Position numbers and translations under genes: made by a program. A stretch of DNA of 64,000 bases from the human T2T-CHM13v2.0 reference genome, Homo sapiens: the NCBI RefSeq assembly GCF_009914755.1, contig NC_060925.1; one strand, written 5' to 3'. Within the stretch, counting starts at the first letter, position 1. Each line of letters starts with the position of its first letter. Of this stretch, positions 1 to 15,337 are shown piece after piece. Under the pieces are notes generated by a model that searched no databases, was not told the origin of the DNA, and worked only from the letters and a program-made list of their open reading frames with translations.

Positions 1-118
1 CACTTGAACCCAGGGGGCAGAGGTTGCAGTGAGCCGAGATCGCACTACTGCACTCTAGCCTGGGCAGCTGAGACTCCGTCTCAAAAAAAAAAAAATTACA
101 GTAGCCTCTTTATACATC

Positions 119-770
<652 letters not shown>

Positions 771-1125
771 ATATCTATATCTCTCTATAGAGATAGAAAA
801 AACATAGAGCAAGAGTGAGAGACAGAGAATGATGAAGCAAATGTGGTTAGATATGGGTGAAAAGTATGTGGGATTTTGGGGTACTATTTTTGCAACTTTT
901 CTTTAAATCTGGTATTATTCCAAAATAAAAAAATCGAAAAATTCCACAAACATATAACATTTTGAACTATTTCCTTCTAAGTATCATATTTATATATTTT
1001 GTAAGTATATAAAGCACATAATTGGGATAATAGTCTTTTGTACTTAACACTGTTTTTTATTAACTTGGTATTGAATCATAAGCAGTTTTCAATGTCATTT
1101 AAAATTATTTAAAAACAATTGTTAA

Positions 1126-1391
<266 letters not shown>

Positions 1392-1648
1392 TGATCCACT
1401 CGCTTCGGCCTCCCAAAGTGCTGGGATTACAGGCTTGGGCCATAGTGCCTGGCATGTGGAGGTATTTTAATTTATTTATTTAGGGTTTTCCTCACATTAT
1501 GTCATAAACTTACAGTAAAACCTACAATTAACATCTTTTTGCATCTATCTTTGTCCATATATTTATATTTGATTAGTTACATATCCTCATCTCCTAGAAT
1601 GAGAACTGCTTTGCTAATTTTTTAAAAATAATTTTATTTTATTTTTAG

Positions 1649-1792
<144 letters not shown>

Positions 1793-1813
1793 TAATTTTT
1801 TTTTTCTTTTTGA

Positions 1814-1921
<108 letters not shown>

Positions 1922-4284
1922 TAGCTGGGATCACGGACACACACCACCATGCCTGGCTAATTTTTGTATTTTTAGTAGAGACAGGGTTTCACCATGTTGG
2001 CCAGGATGGTCTTGATCTCCTGACCTCGTGGGCTGCCCACCTCGGCCTCCCAAAGTGCTAGGATTACAGGTGTGAGCCACCGTGCCCGGCCGGGAGTCTT
2101 ATTTTTTGTGGGCCCTGAAATTTAAAGGAAAAGTTCTAAAAAGTCACTGAGCATGTGGGATGCAGGCTATCTACAGTCTGATGAGGGAAGTTCAGTTCAG
2201 CTTAACATCCTCTGGGGTGTACTTTGTGCTGAGACTGGTTCTAGGGACACAGATATGAATCAAACACTGAACCTGTCAAACAGGGGCTTACAATTTGGTA
2301 GGGGAGACATATAAGTAAATAGATACTGACTGTAGAGTGATGAGTAGTTACAAATTGGGAAGCACAAGGATTAATAGGAGCATGGAAGGGGTTTTGTGTC
2401 TTCCTTTAAACAAACTTTTATACAGTATTTACTTGTTTTTTTTTTTTTTGAAACTGAGTCTTGCTCTGTTGCCCAGGCTGGAGTGTAATGGTGCGATCTT
2501 GGCTCACTGCAACCTCTGCCTCTGGCGTTGAAGCGATTCTCCTGCCCCAGCCTCCCAAGAAGCTGGGATTACAGGCACTCGCCATCATGCCTGGCTAATT
2601 TTTGTATTTTTGTAGAGACAGGGTTTCACCACGTTGGCCAGACTGATCTTGAACTCCTGACCTCAGGTGATCCACATGCCTCATCCTCCCAAAGTGCTGG
2701 GATTACAGGCATGAGCCACTGCACCCGGCCAGTATTTACTCTTATATCCAAATAGAATATGCATTCATCAATTCTTCCTTTTTTTCATTCAGTTCACTTA
2801 TAATTTATTGAGCATATATCCTAGACCAAAGTGAGTGGCAGTGGAGTTGGACAGGAGAAGAGAAATTTAAAAAGCAAAAAAGTAAAATTTATCAGGCTTT
2901 GTAACTACTTGCCCAGGAGAAAGACACAAGAGTTAAGAATGAATCCAAGATTTTTGGCTTGGGCATCTGGGTGGATGATGGTGCCATACGCCAAGTCAGG
3001 AAACGGGTATCTTTTTGGCCTGAATTTTAAAAACTAATTTTAAAGAGCAAAGAATATTTTGCTTGGGGTGCTAGTGCTTAAACTCAGTTGAAAAAAGATT
3101 CTTAGAATATTGGCTTTCTACAGGATGTAGACAGTATAAAAATGAAAGTGGGGAGGTCTACCAGGTTGGGAATAGACATTTTACGGTTGCTAGCTAATAG
3201 GGGAAATCAATGAAAAATTGAGATGAGGGTAGCCAAATCAATTGACAGAAGCCCAAGGGAGATTAAAATGAACAAGAGATTTACAGTACAAGAGAGGAAA
3301 ACAGGTGAGAGACATTTTAGAAGCAGAGGGCAAACTGAAAACGATGGAATGAAATTGAAGAGGATGAAATGATTTAAAGTGGACTACTCCGATCAGCGGG
3401 GAGGTTGTGATGATAAAGGCAGCTGCTTTCAGCAACAAGGAGAGAAAGTGTGAAGCAAGAGGAAACTGGTCTTGGGAACAAATGAATCATCTTCTTCATG
3501 TAGTAGCTATGCCCTGGGTTGCATGATTATTCATAAACAAATGCAGGTTTCCTGTGGTGGCAGTGATCTAGGCATGAAAAATACAGTGCTAATATTAGGT
3601 TACAGCGCTAATGATCTCAATCAGTTGAAGGGCCCTTTTCCCTTGACTAAACATTTTTTAGCAACAAATGACCCTTACAGCATTTTGTTAATATTGTTGA
3701 AAGGACTGTTGGGGCATCAGGTTGGGGACTGAAGGGAATCTCAGGGTCTACTTCCAGCTCTTCCTTAGGTTGGATATATTTCACATGTAAAATGGTAGCA
3801 TAGGACCTAACTCATAGAATCACTGCGAGGATGAATCATGGTTTCCCTTTGAGCCCCAGTTTCTCTTGTTATAGAAAGGGCATAGTGATTTTTTTGTGAC
3901 TCAGGAGTATGTGGCAAAGGCACACTTAGGATTATGCAGGAACAGCTTTCATTAAGAGAGCTACTAGGTGACATCTTCTCCATGGTGGCTGCTCAATTAT
4001 TAAATGAATGATTCCTGGAGACCTTTTGTAGTTTCTATTATTTATCATCATTAGGCCATAACCTAAGGTAAGGTGAGATTGCCTTATAACATTTTTTATA
4101 CATAAAAAATACTGGTTGCATGCTGCTATCTGCTGTGCAACAGAATGTCATAGGATCCAGTGTATGAGGCTCTATTCTTCCATGGAGGGGTGTTACATAA
4201 ACCCATTAGTGAAATTTAGGGAAATTTCACCCAGACTAGGGAGGATGAAGAATGGAGCATCTATCTTTTGACAGGAATACAGTT

Positions 4285-4308
4285 ACACACACACATACAC
4301 ACACACAT

Positions 4309-4342
<34 letters not shown>
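4285..4342. repeat. Compound (CA)n(GA)n microsatellite
   Basis: Directly visible dinucleotide runs. Confidence 0.95.
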
Positions 4343-4343
<1 letters not shown>

Positions 4344-5279
4344 ATGAGAAACAAAAACAGAGGAGTACAAAATTGAGCCTAAGAAAAAGAACTGGAACCA
4401 ATAAAAATTGTAACTAACATTTATTAAGTATCTTCTATGGGCCAGTCTCTTTATCTCCAATCTTCAACAACCAGCAAGGCAGGCAGGAGAAAACTGAAGT
4501 TCAAAAATGTTACATAACTTCCCCAGGGTCATAAAGCTATATATACATGACAGAACTGGAACTGGTAGTGTTGGTATGTGTCTGACACCAAAATCACTAC
4601 ACATTCTAGTATACCACTCTGTTAAAAAAAGTGTATTTGGAAAATTTAGGGATCAGAGGATTTGGAGAATTTTCTTTCCCTACTTCCCCTCTGACAGTCG
4701 TGTTTGTTTTTGGTTCTGATGTTTGCACCCTAGAGGCTGACTGGGATCAAATATGGGGCATCTGTAAACAGAATGATTCCATAGCCCCCACTGTGTAATA
4801 ATTTCCTTCCTTCAGAGCCTTACTAGGATTTGCCTGGGATGAGGGGTGGAAAGGTGGGAGAGAAGAGGTTGGGAGGGAGAGGATGTTAGTAAAAGATGGG
4901 TGATTCTTTGCTTACCTTTAAGTTGTTTATGAATTTCAGGACAACCCGTTGGCTATTCTCTTCTCTGGCTTGGCATATATATATATGTATGTATTTTTTT
5001 TTCATTTTTGTTTTGTGGGGGTGGTGGTTTAGGTGTTAAGGGTTTGGTTGATATCTGTAGAAAATTTCTTAATGATCTACACAGTAGATAAAAAAACAAG
5101 TTAAGGTCAAAGACAATTCCTTCGTCTGTTTTGGGAGACGAGTGTGTATGTTTGAAAAAAAGGTTTGTTCTGGGTCACTCTTCTTTCATCCAGACGCATT
5201 AAAGGAATTAGAAGGGGGTCTCCCTGCCACCCCCGAAACCGTGAGAGTCAAACGGAGATTCCCTTATATTCCTGCTCTC

Positions 5280-6350
5280 AGGTGCGGGTCCGAGTGACAA
5301 GAACGTTCACGTATCTTCGGGAGAGAACGAAAAGGTGCTCGGGTCTGGCGGGGGCGGGGAACGCCAGGGGTTGGTGGGAACTGAGGGGCTTCCGGTTCCC
5401 GGGAAGCGGAGTCCCGGGCCGGCCGCGGGCCGCGGGCTACGCAGGGAGCACGGGGCCCTCGCCGCCCCCAGGCCGCGCTCCTTAGCGTTCCCTGCGGCTC
5501 GTGCCCAGCGCGGCCGCCGCAGTCCCGACGCCGTAGCCGGACGTGGGGTCCAGGGGGCGCTGTGGCCCAGCGGCGCCGGCGGCAGGAGCGGCCACCCGAC
5601 GCTGGAGGCTTCGCTGAGGATCCCCGCCTGCCGCACCTCGGTCGTCCCGCCGCAGCCTTGCGCCCCCGGCCCGGCTCGGCGGCGCTCCTCCGGGATCCGC
5701 GTGGCTGCCGCGGCCCGGGCGCCGATGCGGCTGGGCGGGTGCCGGGCCTTAGCAGCAGTAGCAGCCGCAGCTGCGGCTACCGCAGCTCCTACAGGAGTGG
5801 GAGGTTTCGCGGCGGCGCCTGGGGCCGCGCCGGTGCCCTCCGGAGGAGGCTTTCGGCTCAGGGACGACCCCCGTGGCCATGCTGAAGCGGAGGCGGCCGC
5901 TGCTCGAGGTGAGTGTGGCGCGGCGTGGTCCGGGGCTCGCCCGCCTCCCGCCGCCTGTGGGGGCCCTGGCGGCAGACCGCGGGCCGGGCGGACGGGGCGT
6001 CCTGCCACTGCGGTCGCCTCCCCCACCCTGCGGTCCTGGGGCCTCAGCCCTTTCTCCCCGCGTCCCCCGGGAGGCTGAAGGCCGTGGGGGGCGATTAGGC
6101 CCCGCGCCGTTGGGAAGCCCTCGCTCCGGCCTCGGTTCCGGCGCGGCCGGGTGTGTGGAGCTGGGGGCCGGCAGGAGCACGGCCGCCTTTCGGGTTTGCA
6201 TGGGCCCGGGCCGAGCGCAGCCTCTTAGCCCGGGCCCTGCACGTACATCCCGGAGGGAGGCAGATGACGCCTGTTTGCAAACAAGCTTTGGCTTCCACGC
6301 GTCCCATACCGAGTCCCTCAGAATCCCGGTTGTGGCGGGGAAAGGGGGAG
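5280..6350. promoter_or_regulatory. CpG-island promoter of the host gene
   Basis: Abrupt GC- and CpG-rich ~1.1 kb block in a CpG-depleted background; GC box GGCGGGGGCGGGG at ~5348-5360; contains a canonical splice donor. Confidence 0.92.
5600..5908 (+). other. ZFYVE9: First (5'UTR) exon of the host gene, probably ZFYVE9/SARA; TSS approximate; rest of window is apparently intron 1
   Basis: Strong donor CTCGAG|GTGAGT at 5908/5909 inside the CpG island. Gene identity is recalled from the intron-1 arrangement (7SL copy ~8 kb and PDCL3 pseudogene ~38 kb downstream of the TSS), not from coding sequence. Confidence 0.7.
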
Positions 6351-7841
6351 GAGAGGAAGGCCAGGGTGAGAATTGGGGGTGCAGAGAGTGCGGGACCAAG
6401 AGAGCCCCTGCTACTCCTGGAGTGTCATTCATGGATCTGGCTTGCTCGAGAACAACCTTTTGCGTCTTATTTGAGGTGAAATTTCATCACCTGCCGGTTG
6501 CTCATTCCTGCCTCTTTATATTATATCTTGCCTCTAAGCGTGGTCTGCCTTGGAGAAAGCCCCATCGCATCTTTGCGATGCTAAGTTTTGTAGATAAACA
6601 CTCACAGTTATAAAAACGTCTTTTACAAAGGTCTGCCCCCCACACCCCGCCAGAAGAAATATTTTTATGCTTCAGTGTTCGGTACAAAAATGTTCCACTT
6701 AAAGAGATCCAGAGAATAGTTGGCAAAAGGATTTTAAGTCCTCTTTAAGTGCCAGCTACCCTAATAAATACCTGAAGGAAATGGGATACATGCTAAATTT
6801 TAGAAATAAAATGATTTGTTCTGATATTAATGTTGAAAATGCTACTGATTACAGTTTGATACCGTAAGTCAGATATTTATGTTTTGTGAGAAATGTGATT
6901 ACAGGTTATTCTTGTTTTCCTGTTATGTATGTGAAAGTTATAAGACTTATAGGTACTTGCAAAACTTTTATAATCATGAAAAAATATGCTTATTGTAGAA
7001 AACTTGGGAATTATAGAAAGGTACCATGTTGGCTCTTAATAAATATTTAATAATAGGAGAAATCACCCATAATCTCACAGATTGTAAACAGTACAGGTTT
7101 ATAATGGGCTCGTACTGACAGTGATTTTTAAAATTATTATTTCTGTATATTAGGTTTAAAATTATCTGACTGTTCCATTTTACATTGTCATTTGTATAAG
7201 ACCTGTAAAAATATTTTACTAAATTACATTGGAACCATGTTGAATTCATCAATTAAAACAGAAGAATATGGGTAACTACCTAAAAGATCCCTGACTTAAC
7301 CTTCTATGCAGCATGGGGTCTCCATCTAGGGAGAAAGTTTGGCATGGTACACGTTTTTGAAGACCTACTGTGTTAGATGCTGTAGCCTTGCATTGTTTTT
7401 GTCAGATTTTAAGTATTTCTTTTAAAAATTGGCTTCATTACCAGTTATTTGGGTAGGTTAATCTCGATTTTTAAAAGTCTAATTCAGGCAAAGTGTGATG
7501 GCTAGGCCTACTAGGGAGGCTGAATGGGGAGGACCCCTTGATCCTAGGAGTTCCAGTCCTGCTTGGGCAACGTAAGCAAGATGCCCCTCTCCGAGGCGGG
7601 TGGATCATGAGGTCAGAAGTTCAAGACCAGCCTGGTCAATATGGTGAAACCCCGTCTCTACTAAAAATACAAAAATTAGCTGGCATGGTGGTGCCCACCT
7701 GTAGCCCCAGCTACTCGGGAGGCTGAGGCACAAGAATCATTTGAACCTGGGAGGCAGACGTTGCAGTGAGCCAAGATTGGGCCACTGACTCTAGCCTGGG
7801 CAACAGAGCGAGACTCCATCTCAAAAAAAAAAAGTTGAATA

Positions 7842-8036
7842 CAGTTCTCAGTGTGTCCCTCAAGACCACCAACATTAGAATCAGTTGAGAGTGCTTGTTA
7901 TATATATAAGTATTATATGTAATATGCAGATTCTTGGTCCCTTGAATTGAAATTCTAGGGATGACGATGGCCCAAAGAACTTTATTTTTATCAGTCTCCC
8001 TGATTCTTAGACCTACTAAAGTTTGAGAATCACTGA
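7842..8036. mobile_element. MER5-like hAT-Charlie MITE relic
   Basis: Ends CAGTTCTCAG.../...AAAGTTTGAGAATCACTG; internal AATATGCAGATTCTTGGTCCC resembles MER5A. Confidence 0.65.
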
Positions 8037-9481
8037 TACAGTAAGTTTAAAATTAACTAACCTTGCTGAGCCGAAGGAAGGTGTCTATTTTCTAGCAAAA
8101 CTATAAGTCTTTAGTGGCAATAGTCATTTCTTTCTTTTTTTTTTTTTTTTACTTCCTTGCAGCTCCAGCTCAAAGGATGTCATTTTTCGTAGTAAATAAT
8201 CTTAGAAAGAAAAGTGATATTTTGAGGGACAGCTGATCCAATCAGCAACCATTTATTGAGAGCCTCCTGTGATAGCTGTGGTGTGCTAAAAGAATACCTT
8301 GTCATTTACTTTGGCACTTAATGGACACCAATGTCATTGTCTGTAAAATGCATATACTTCAGTTATTATGCTTACCTTGCGAGGCTTTTAGGATAAATAA
8401 ATCTGAAAAGGTATTATAATCTGTAAAAGATTTTTATACAATTTTGGCTTTTAAGTGCCAGGTCCTGTTATAGGTATTCCAGGAAACACAAAAATGACCA
8501 AGGGCTCTACTAAACTTGTCCTGTGGAAGCAGGATACCTTTAATTAACTGTTACAAGGTAGGTCAGACAAGTGTTGAAATTGAGTGGAACGTGCTAAATC
8601 TCTGTTTAAGGCTTCTGTGTCTCATCTTGCCGTTTAAGGACATTGATAATACTTTTTATGTATGATTATTCCTTTCTCTTCCAATTCCTGATTCAGTGTT
8701 TTCTTTAAGGAAATAATTGCTTATATTGCCTGGTGATAGTTTCCTATTAACTCTTTTAGAAAGGTAGAGTGAGTAGAGATGATAATTCCTTCCTCTGTTG
8801 CTAAGCTACCACTGTTCATTCCATTCAGTAAACTTTTATGTGGCACCTTGTAAACGTGCTAGCCACAGACTGGTTGCAAGGCACAAAGCTTGTTTAAAAG
8901 ATAATTGCCTGGATTTTAGCTTAAGTTCTTATGTTCCTAAAGATATGGCGTATATATGTGTGTTTTATGGTTGTTAATTGCATAATGTGGTACAGAGTAT
9001 GGAGTCAGATGTGAGCAGGAATCCTTACTACACCTCTTAAAGCGATGTGACATTTAGATTCTGAGTTTCTTATGTACTATTGGGGTAACACTACCCCTCC
9101 TAGCAAAGTAGAACAGGTTCCATGAGATAAAAGTAACCGAAAGCAATTAGCTCAGTGTTTGTCATGTAGGAGGTGCTCAATAAATGTACATTTCTTTCTT
9201 CCTTTTGGGAAAAACAAAAATCAGGCATTGGGATTTCTGCATGACTTAAAACTTGGTTGCTTTATTTTTTTTAGACTAAGTCTACTTTTGGGATTTGGAA
9301 TTTTTTATGGAAAACAATTTCGATTTTAGTATGTTTTCCATTTCATTTTTAGCCAATAAATTAGTATTCCCTTTATATAGGGTACACTTGTTGCAAATTA
9401 TTTATTTTCAGAGTTTTACATTGATCTTTAATTTTACTTGTGTATACTTGACCTGCATTATATAGAGCAACATTCTTAGTA

Positions 9482-9531
9482 CAGTCAGATCTCTGTATCT
9501 GTGGGTCCTCCCAGCCAAGGCTCAAAAATAT

Positions 9532-9570
<39 letters not shown>

Positions 9571-9814
9571 TAATCATACAATAATAAAAATAATACAAAT
9601 AAAAACCCAATACAGTATAACAGTTGATTTGCATAGCACTTACAATTGTATTTGGCATTGTAAGTAGTCTAGAGATTATTTAAAGTATACAGGAGGATGT
9701 TCATAGGTTATATGCAAATACTGTGCCATTTTATATAAGGGATTTGAGCATCCACAGATTGTGGTATCCTGTGGGTTCCTGGAACCAGTCCTCCACAGAT
9801 ACAGAGAGACAACT
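9482..9814. mobile_element. Tigger3-like TcMar MITE with internal (CA)n
   Basis: TA-flanked imperfect terminal inverted repeats CAGTCAGATCTCTGTATCTGTGG / CCACAGATACAGAGAGACAACTG. Confidence 0.8.
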
Positions 9815-10401
9815 GTATATAATAATCATTGGAAAAGATGTAGTTGCAGGCACTGAATAGAAATAGTTCATATATTTAGTTTTCAAAAAACTCTCAATTT
9901 ATTAAATTTACTTAAGAACTGTTTTCAGAACATAGATTTTTCCTTATAAACTACAGTAGGCTAGAACTAGATTTTATAGCCTGCCAGTCTTTTCTTATAA
10001 CCTTGGACAAGTTTGTTACCCTCTTTAAGTCTCAATTTTCTTTTCTATAAAATGCAACTGATAATAGTCACCTTACAGGATTATTGTAAGTATTAAACGA
10101 TATAATGGGTAAATCAGAGCTATAGTTCAGTCCCATGAGTCCTGGTAAATCCGGACTCTGGAATTGGAAAATATATTTCTCTGAGTTTTGAAAAAAAGAG
10201 GTTGAAAGATTGTTAATTATTTATGTAGTTTACTATTAATAAGTAAAATCAACATAATCTAATTTTGAAGTATTAGAGATTGCTAAATTAAGGAGGAACC
10301 AAGGTGTCAGTAGAATTAGCATTTAGTTATGTAGTAGAATACCTTATATTTTATAATGGTAAAATTTATTTAATAAAATAATTTGAAAAGTGCTGTTTTT
10401 A

Positions 10402-10711
10402 CAGGTTGAGCATCCCTAATCCAAAAGTCTGAAATTCGAAATGCTCAAAGGTCCAAAACTTTTTGAGCACTGACATGATCTCACAAGTGGAAAAATTCCA
10501 CGCCTGATCTCATGTGATGGGTCACAATCAAAATGGTCAAAACTTTGTTTCATGTACAAAATTATTAAAAATAGTGTATAAAGTTACCTTTAGGCTATGC
10601 GTATAAGTATACATGAAACAAATGAATTTTGTGTTTAGACTTGCGTCAGAATTCTAATCTGTCCCAAATGCTTCTGGTTCCAAGTATTTTAGATAAGGGA
10701 TACTCAACGCA
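10402..10711. mobile_element. Tigger4 (Zombi)-like TcMar MITE
   Basis: TA-CAGGTTGAGCATCCCTAATCC start and GGGATACTCAAC end, matching Tigger4 inverted repeats. Confidence 0.8.
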
Positions 10712-10754
10712 TAAAGTATTTTCTATTTTACAAATTAATTAATACTTATATTTT

Positions 10755-11432
10755 TCTTTTAAATTATGGTAAATAGCCCATTTACGGAACTGGAAAAGTT
10801 AGAACAGTATTATATATTCACAGAGTTGTGCAAACATCACTGCTGTCTAATTTTAGAACATTTTAATCACTCCAAAGAGAAACTTGTACCCATTAACAGT
10901 CACTCCCAGGATCTCCCTAATCCTCCCAGCCCTAGGCAACCGCTAATGTACTTTCTGCCTCTATGGATTTGCCTATCGAGACATTTCATGTAAGTGGAAT
11001 CATACGATATATGACTGGTTTCTCTTACTTAGCATAATAGTTTTAGGGTTCAGTAGCAAGTGTCAGTACTTCATTTCTTTTTATTGCTGAATAATATTCC
11101 ATTGTATGGAAATACCACATTTTATTCATCAGTTAGGGCTGTTTCCACTTTTTGGCTACTATAAATAATGGTGTTGTGAACATTCATGTGCAAATTATTG
11201 TGTGGAAATATGCTTTCATTTCTCTTGGGTATTTATAGGGATGGAATTGCTGGGCCAAATGGTAGCTGTATGTTTAACCTTTCGAGAAACTATCAGATTG
11301 TTTTTACAAAGTAGCTGCACCTTTTTACAATCCCACCTGCGTTGTATGAAGGTTCCAATTTCTTCACGTCCTCACCAACACTTGTTATCTGTTTTTTTGA
11401 TTATAACCATCCTAATGAGTGTGAAGTGGTAA
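10755..11432 (-). mobile_element. Old L1M (L1MB-like) 3' fragment
   Basis: Typical antisense L1M 3' text, e.g. CCCAGCCCTAGGCAACCGCTAATGTACTTTCTGCCTCTATGGATTTGCC. Confidence 0.8.
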
Positions 11433-11601
11433 TGTAAGGCTCTATCTGCGGTTCATAACTTTTTTTTTTTCAATAGAGGCGAGGTTTCATTATGTTGGCT
11501 AGGCTGGTCTGGAGCTACTAACCTCAAATGATCCACCCACAGCCTCCCAAAGTGCTGGGATTACAGGCATGAGCCACCATGCTCCTGGTTAATAACTTTT
11601 A

Positions 11602-12068
<467 letters not shown>

Positions 12069-12145
12069 TTAACCACATTGGGTGGTGATAGGAATGGTGG
12101 TGTGAGGACTTCAGCTGTATAAAAGGCTGTCTTCTATTAATATGA

Positions 12146-12448
<303 letters not shown>

Positions 12449-12452
12449 TAAC

Positions 12453-12491
<39 letters not shown>

Positions 12492-13611
12492 AGATAGACT
12501 CTCGCTCTGTCAACCAGGCTAGAGTGCAGTAGTGTGATCTTGGCTCACTGTAACCTCCACCTCCCAGTTCAAACAATTCTCCTGACCCAGCCTCTCGAGT
12601 AGCTGTTACTACAGGCGCCTGTCACTATGCACCGCTAATTTTTGTATTTTGAGTAGAGATGGGGTTTTGCCGTGTTGACCAGGCTGATCTTGAACATGTA
12701 GAATGAAGGTCTAAAACTTGCACTTTGTTTACTCAAACAATGGTTCCCTGTAGTATTTCCTAACTGGTTTGAAAAAAAACTTTAGAAACATTAGCAAGTA
12801 ATTATTGCTGACTTTGAACTATGTCCTAAAAAACCTCATAGGAAGGCTTTAATACCTTGAATGAGTGCTGGGATTACAGACGTGAGCCACCGCGCCTGGG
12901 CAATATGAATATTTCTTAAGAAAAGGCAATTGTAATGCCTGAGTTTAGTTTTTCTTTAACTCTACTGAAACATTTCTAAAAATTTACAGTCTAGTTTCAT
13001 ATTAACATTTCTAGGCAGTCAGGCATGACAGATTTTAAGAATTGCCGTTACCTCTCAATGATACATAATTTTATATAAATACAAATGTCATTGTTTGTCT
13101 TGTATGTAGAATATTACCCGATGTTTTGGTTACTCATTCAAGGTATGCCCTGCCACCACGCGTGGCTAATTTTTGTATTTTTAGTAGAGACGGGGTTTCA
13201 CTATCTTGGCCAGGCTGGTCTTGAACTCCTGACCTCGTGATCCACCTGCTTTGGCCTCCCAAAGTGCTGGGATTACAGGTGTGAGCCACTGCCCGGCCTG
13301 TAGTGGTGATTTTAAGCTGAAAGGCTTGTTCTGGTTTATTATACAATCTTTTAGTTCCTTTGGATGATATAGTTTCCGTATAAAGTTACAAAAACAGTAG
13401 TTCTGGAGCCTTTCTGGTAGGATTAATGAAAAGATATGCATTTCTGTTTGCAATATAGTTTGGTTCTTTTCTAACCTTTCATGATTAAAGTTTGCTGTTT
13501 ATCTGTGAGATTTCATTTTATTAAAATGAAGAAAGAGTAAATTGTACATATTTTTATATGTTACATAGCCCAACAGAGTCTATCTCAAAATTCTCTTTAC
13601 TAAAATAAACT

Positions 13612-13927
13612 GACTGGTGTGGTGGCATGTGCGTCTAGTCTCAGTTACTTGGGAGGCTGAGGCGGGAAGATTGCCTGAGCCCAGGAGTTCTGGGCTGTAG
13701 TGTGCTATGCTGATCAGTGTTTGCACTAAGTTTGGCATCAGTATGGTGACCTCCTGAGAGGGGGTGACCTCCTGGAAGTCGGAGACCACCAGGTTGCCTA
13801 AGGAGGGGTGAACTGGCCCAGGCTGGGAATGGAGCAGCTCAAAACTCCCATGCTGATCAGTAGTGGGATCATGTCTGAGAATAGCCACCCCACTCCAGCC
13901 TGGGCAACATAGTGAGACCTAATCTCT
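13612..13927 (+). pseudogene. RN7SL: 7SL (SRP RNA) retropseudogene with (TAGA)n-derived tail
   Basis: Alu-domain ends enclosing the S domain (GTTCTGGGCTGTAGTGTGCTATGCTGATCAG...GACCACCAGGTTGCCTAAGGAGGGGTGAAC...CTGATCAGTAGTGGGATC); heavily CpG-decayed. Confidence 0.95.
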
Positions 13928-14919
13928 AAATAGATAGATAGATAGATGATAGATGATAGCTAGATAGATAGCTAGATAGATGAGATATATAGGGCCAGGC
14001 ACGGTGGCTCATGCCTGTAATCCCAACGCTTTGGGAGGCCGAGGTGGATGGATCGCTTGAGGTCAGGAATTCAAGATCAGCCTGGCCAACATTGTGAAAC
14101 CCTGTCTCTACTAAAAATACAAAAATTGGCTGGGCGTGGCGTTGGGCCCCTGTAATCTCAGTTACTCAGGAGGCTGAGGCAGGAGAATCGCTTGAACCTG
14201 GGAACCCGGAGGGGAGGTGCAGTGAGCCGAGATCACGCCACTGCACGCCAGCCTGGGCAACAGGGGAACATACTGTCTTAAAAAAAAAAAAAAAGAAGAA
14301 AAGATAGAACAAGCAATGTCAAAATTTTGTAAAAACACCCTGTCAGGATTTATACAAACTTTAATCTCCATTTTTCATTTTCAGTTGAGCAGGAGAAACA
14401 GTCCCTAAAAGGTAATTAAAATAAAACACTGCCAGTTTGAAACTTGAACTTCACAGTACATCATGTAGGCCTTTTTGTGATTCTGGTGATAATTGTCTTT
14501 TTTTTTTTTTTTTTAGTAGTAGTAGCCGAGGTAAATTATTTTTGAAGTTATTGTGAGGTCACTCATGGAAATTTCTGCTCAGTGTTTAAAAAGCAAGGTT
14601 GAGATTCTTTAACCTGGCATACAGCCTTCATGATTTGGTTCCAAGCTGATCATTCCTCCCTCCTGTTTTTGCATCCTGTTCTTCCAAGATTCCAGGTTTA
14701 TGGAGTTTTCCTTGATTCTTTTACCTTGTATTACTTTTTGTGGAATATAAAAGCTTTCCCTGTAGTGTGCCATCTTTCTGGTAAGTGTTTCACATATGTT
14801 ATTTGTAACTCTTACTAAGGATATTATAAGGTCATTATATTATTATGCATTTTACAGCTGAGGGAACTGAGGCTTGGAGAGTTTTATTGATTTTCCTAAG
14901 CTTAAGCCCACATTGATGA

Positions 14920-15337
<418 letters not shown>

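Noticed and set aside
5165-6613. Long overlapping ORFs (up to 247 aa) on both strands of the CpG island
   Set aside because: Stops are rare at this GC content; the peptides are low-complexity, have no recognisable domain and run across the splice donor.
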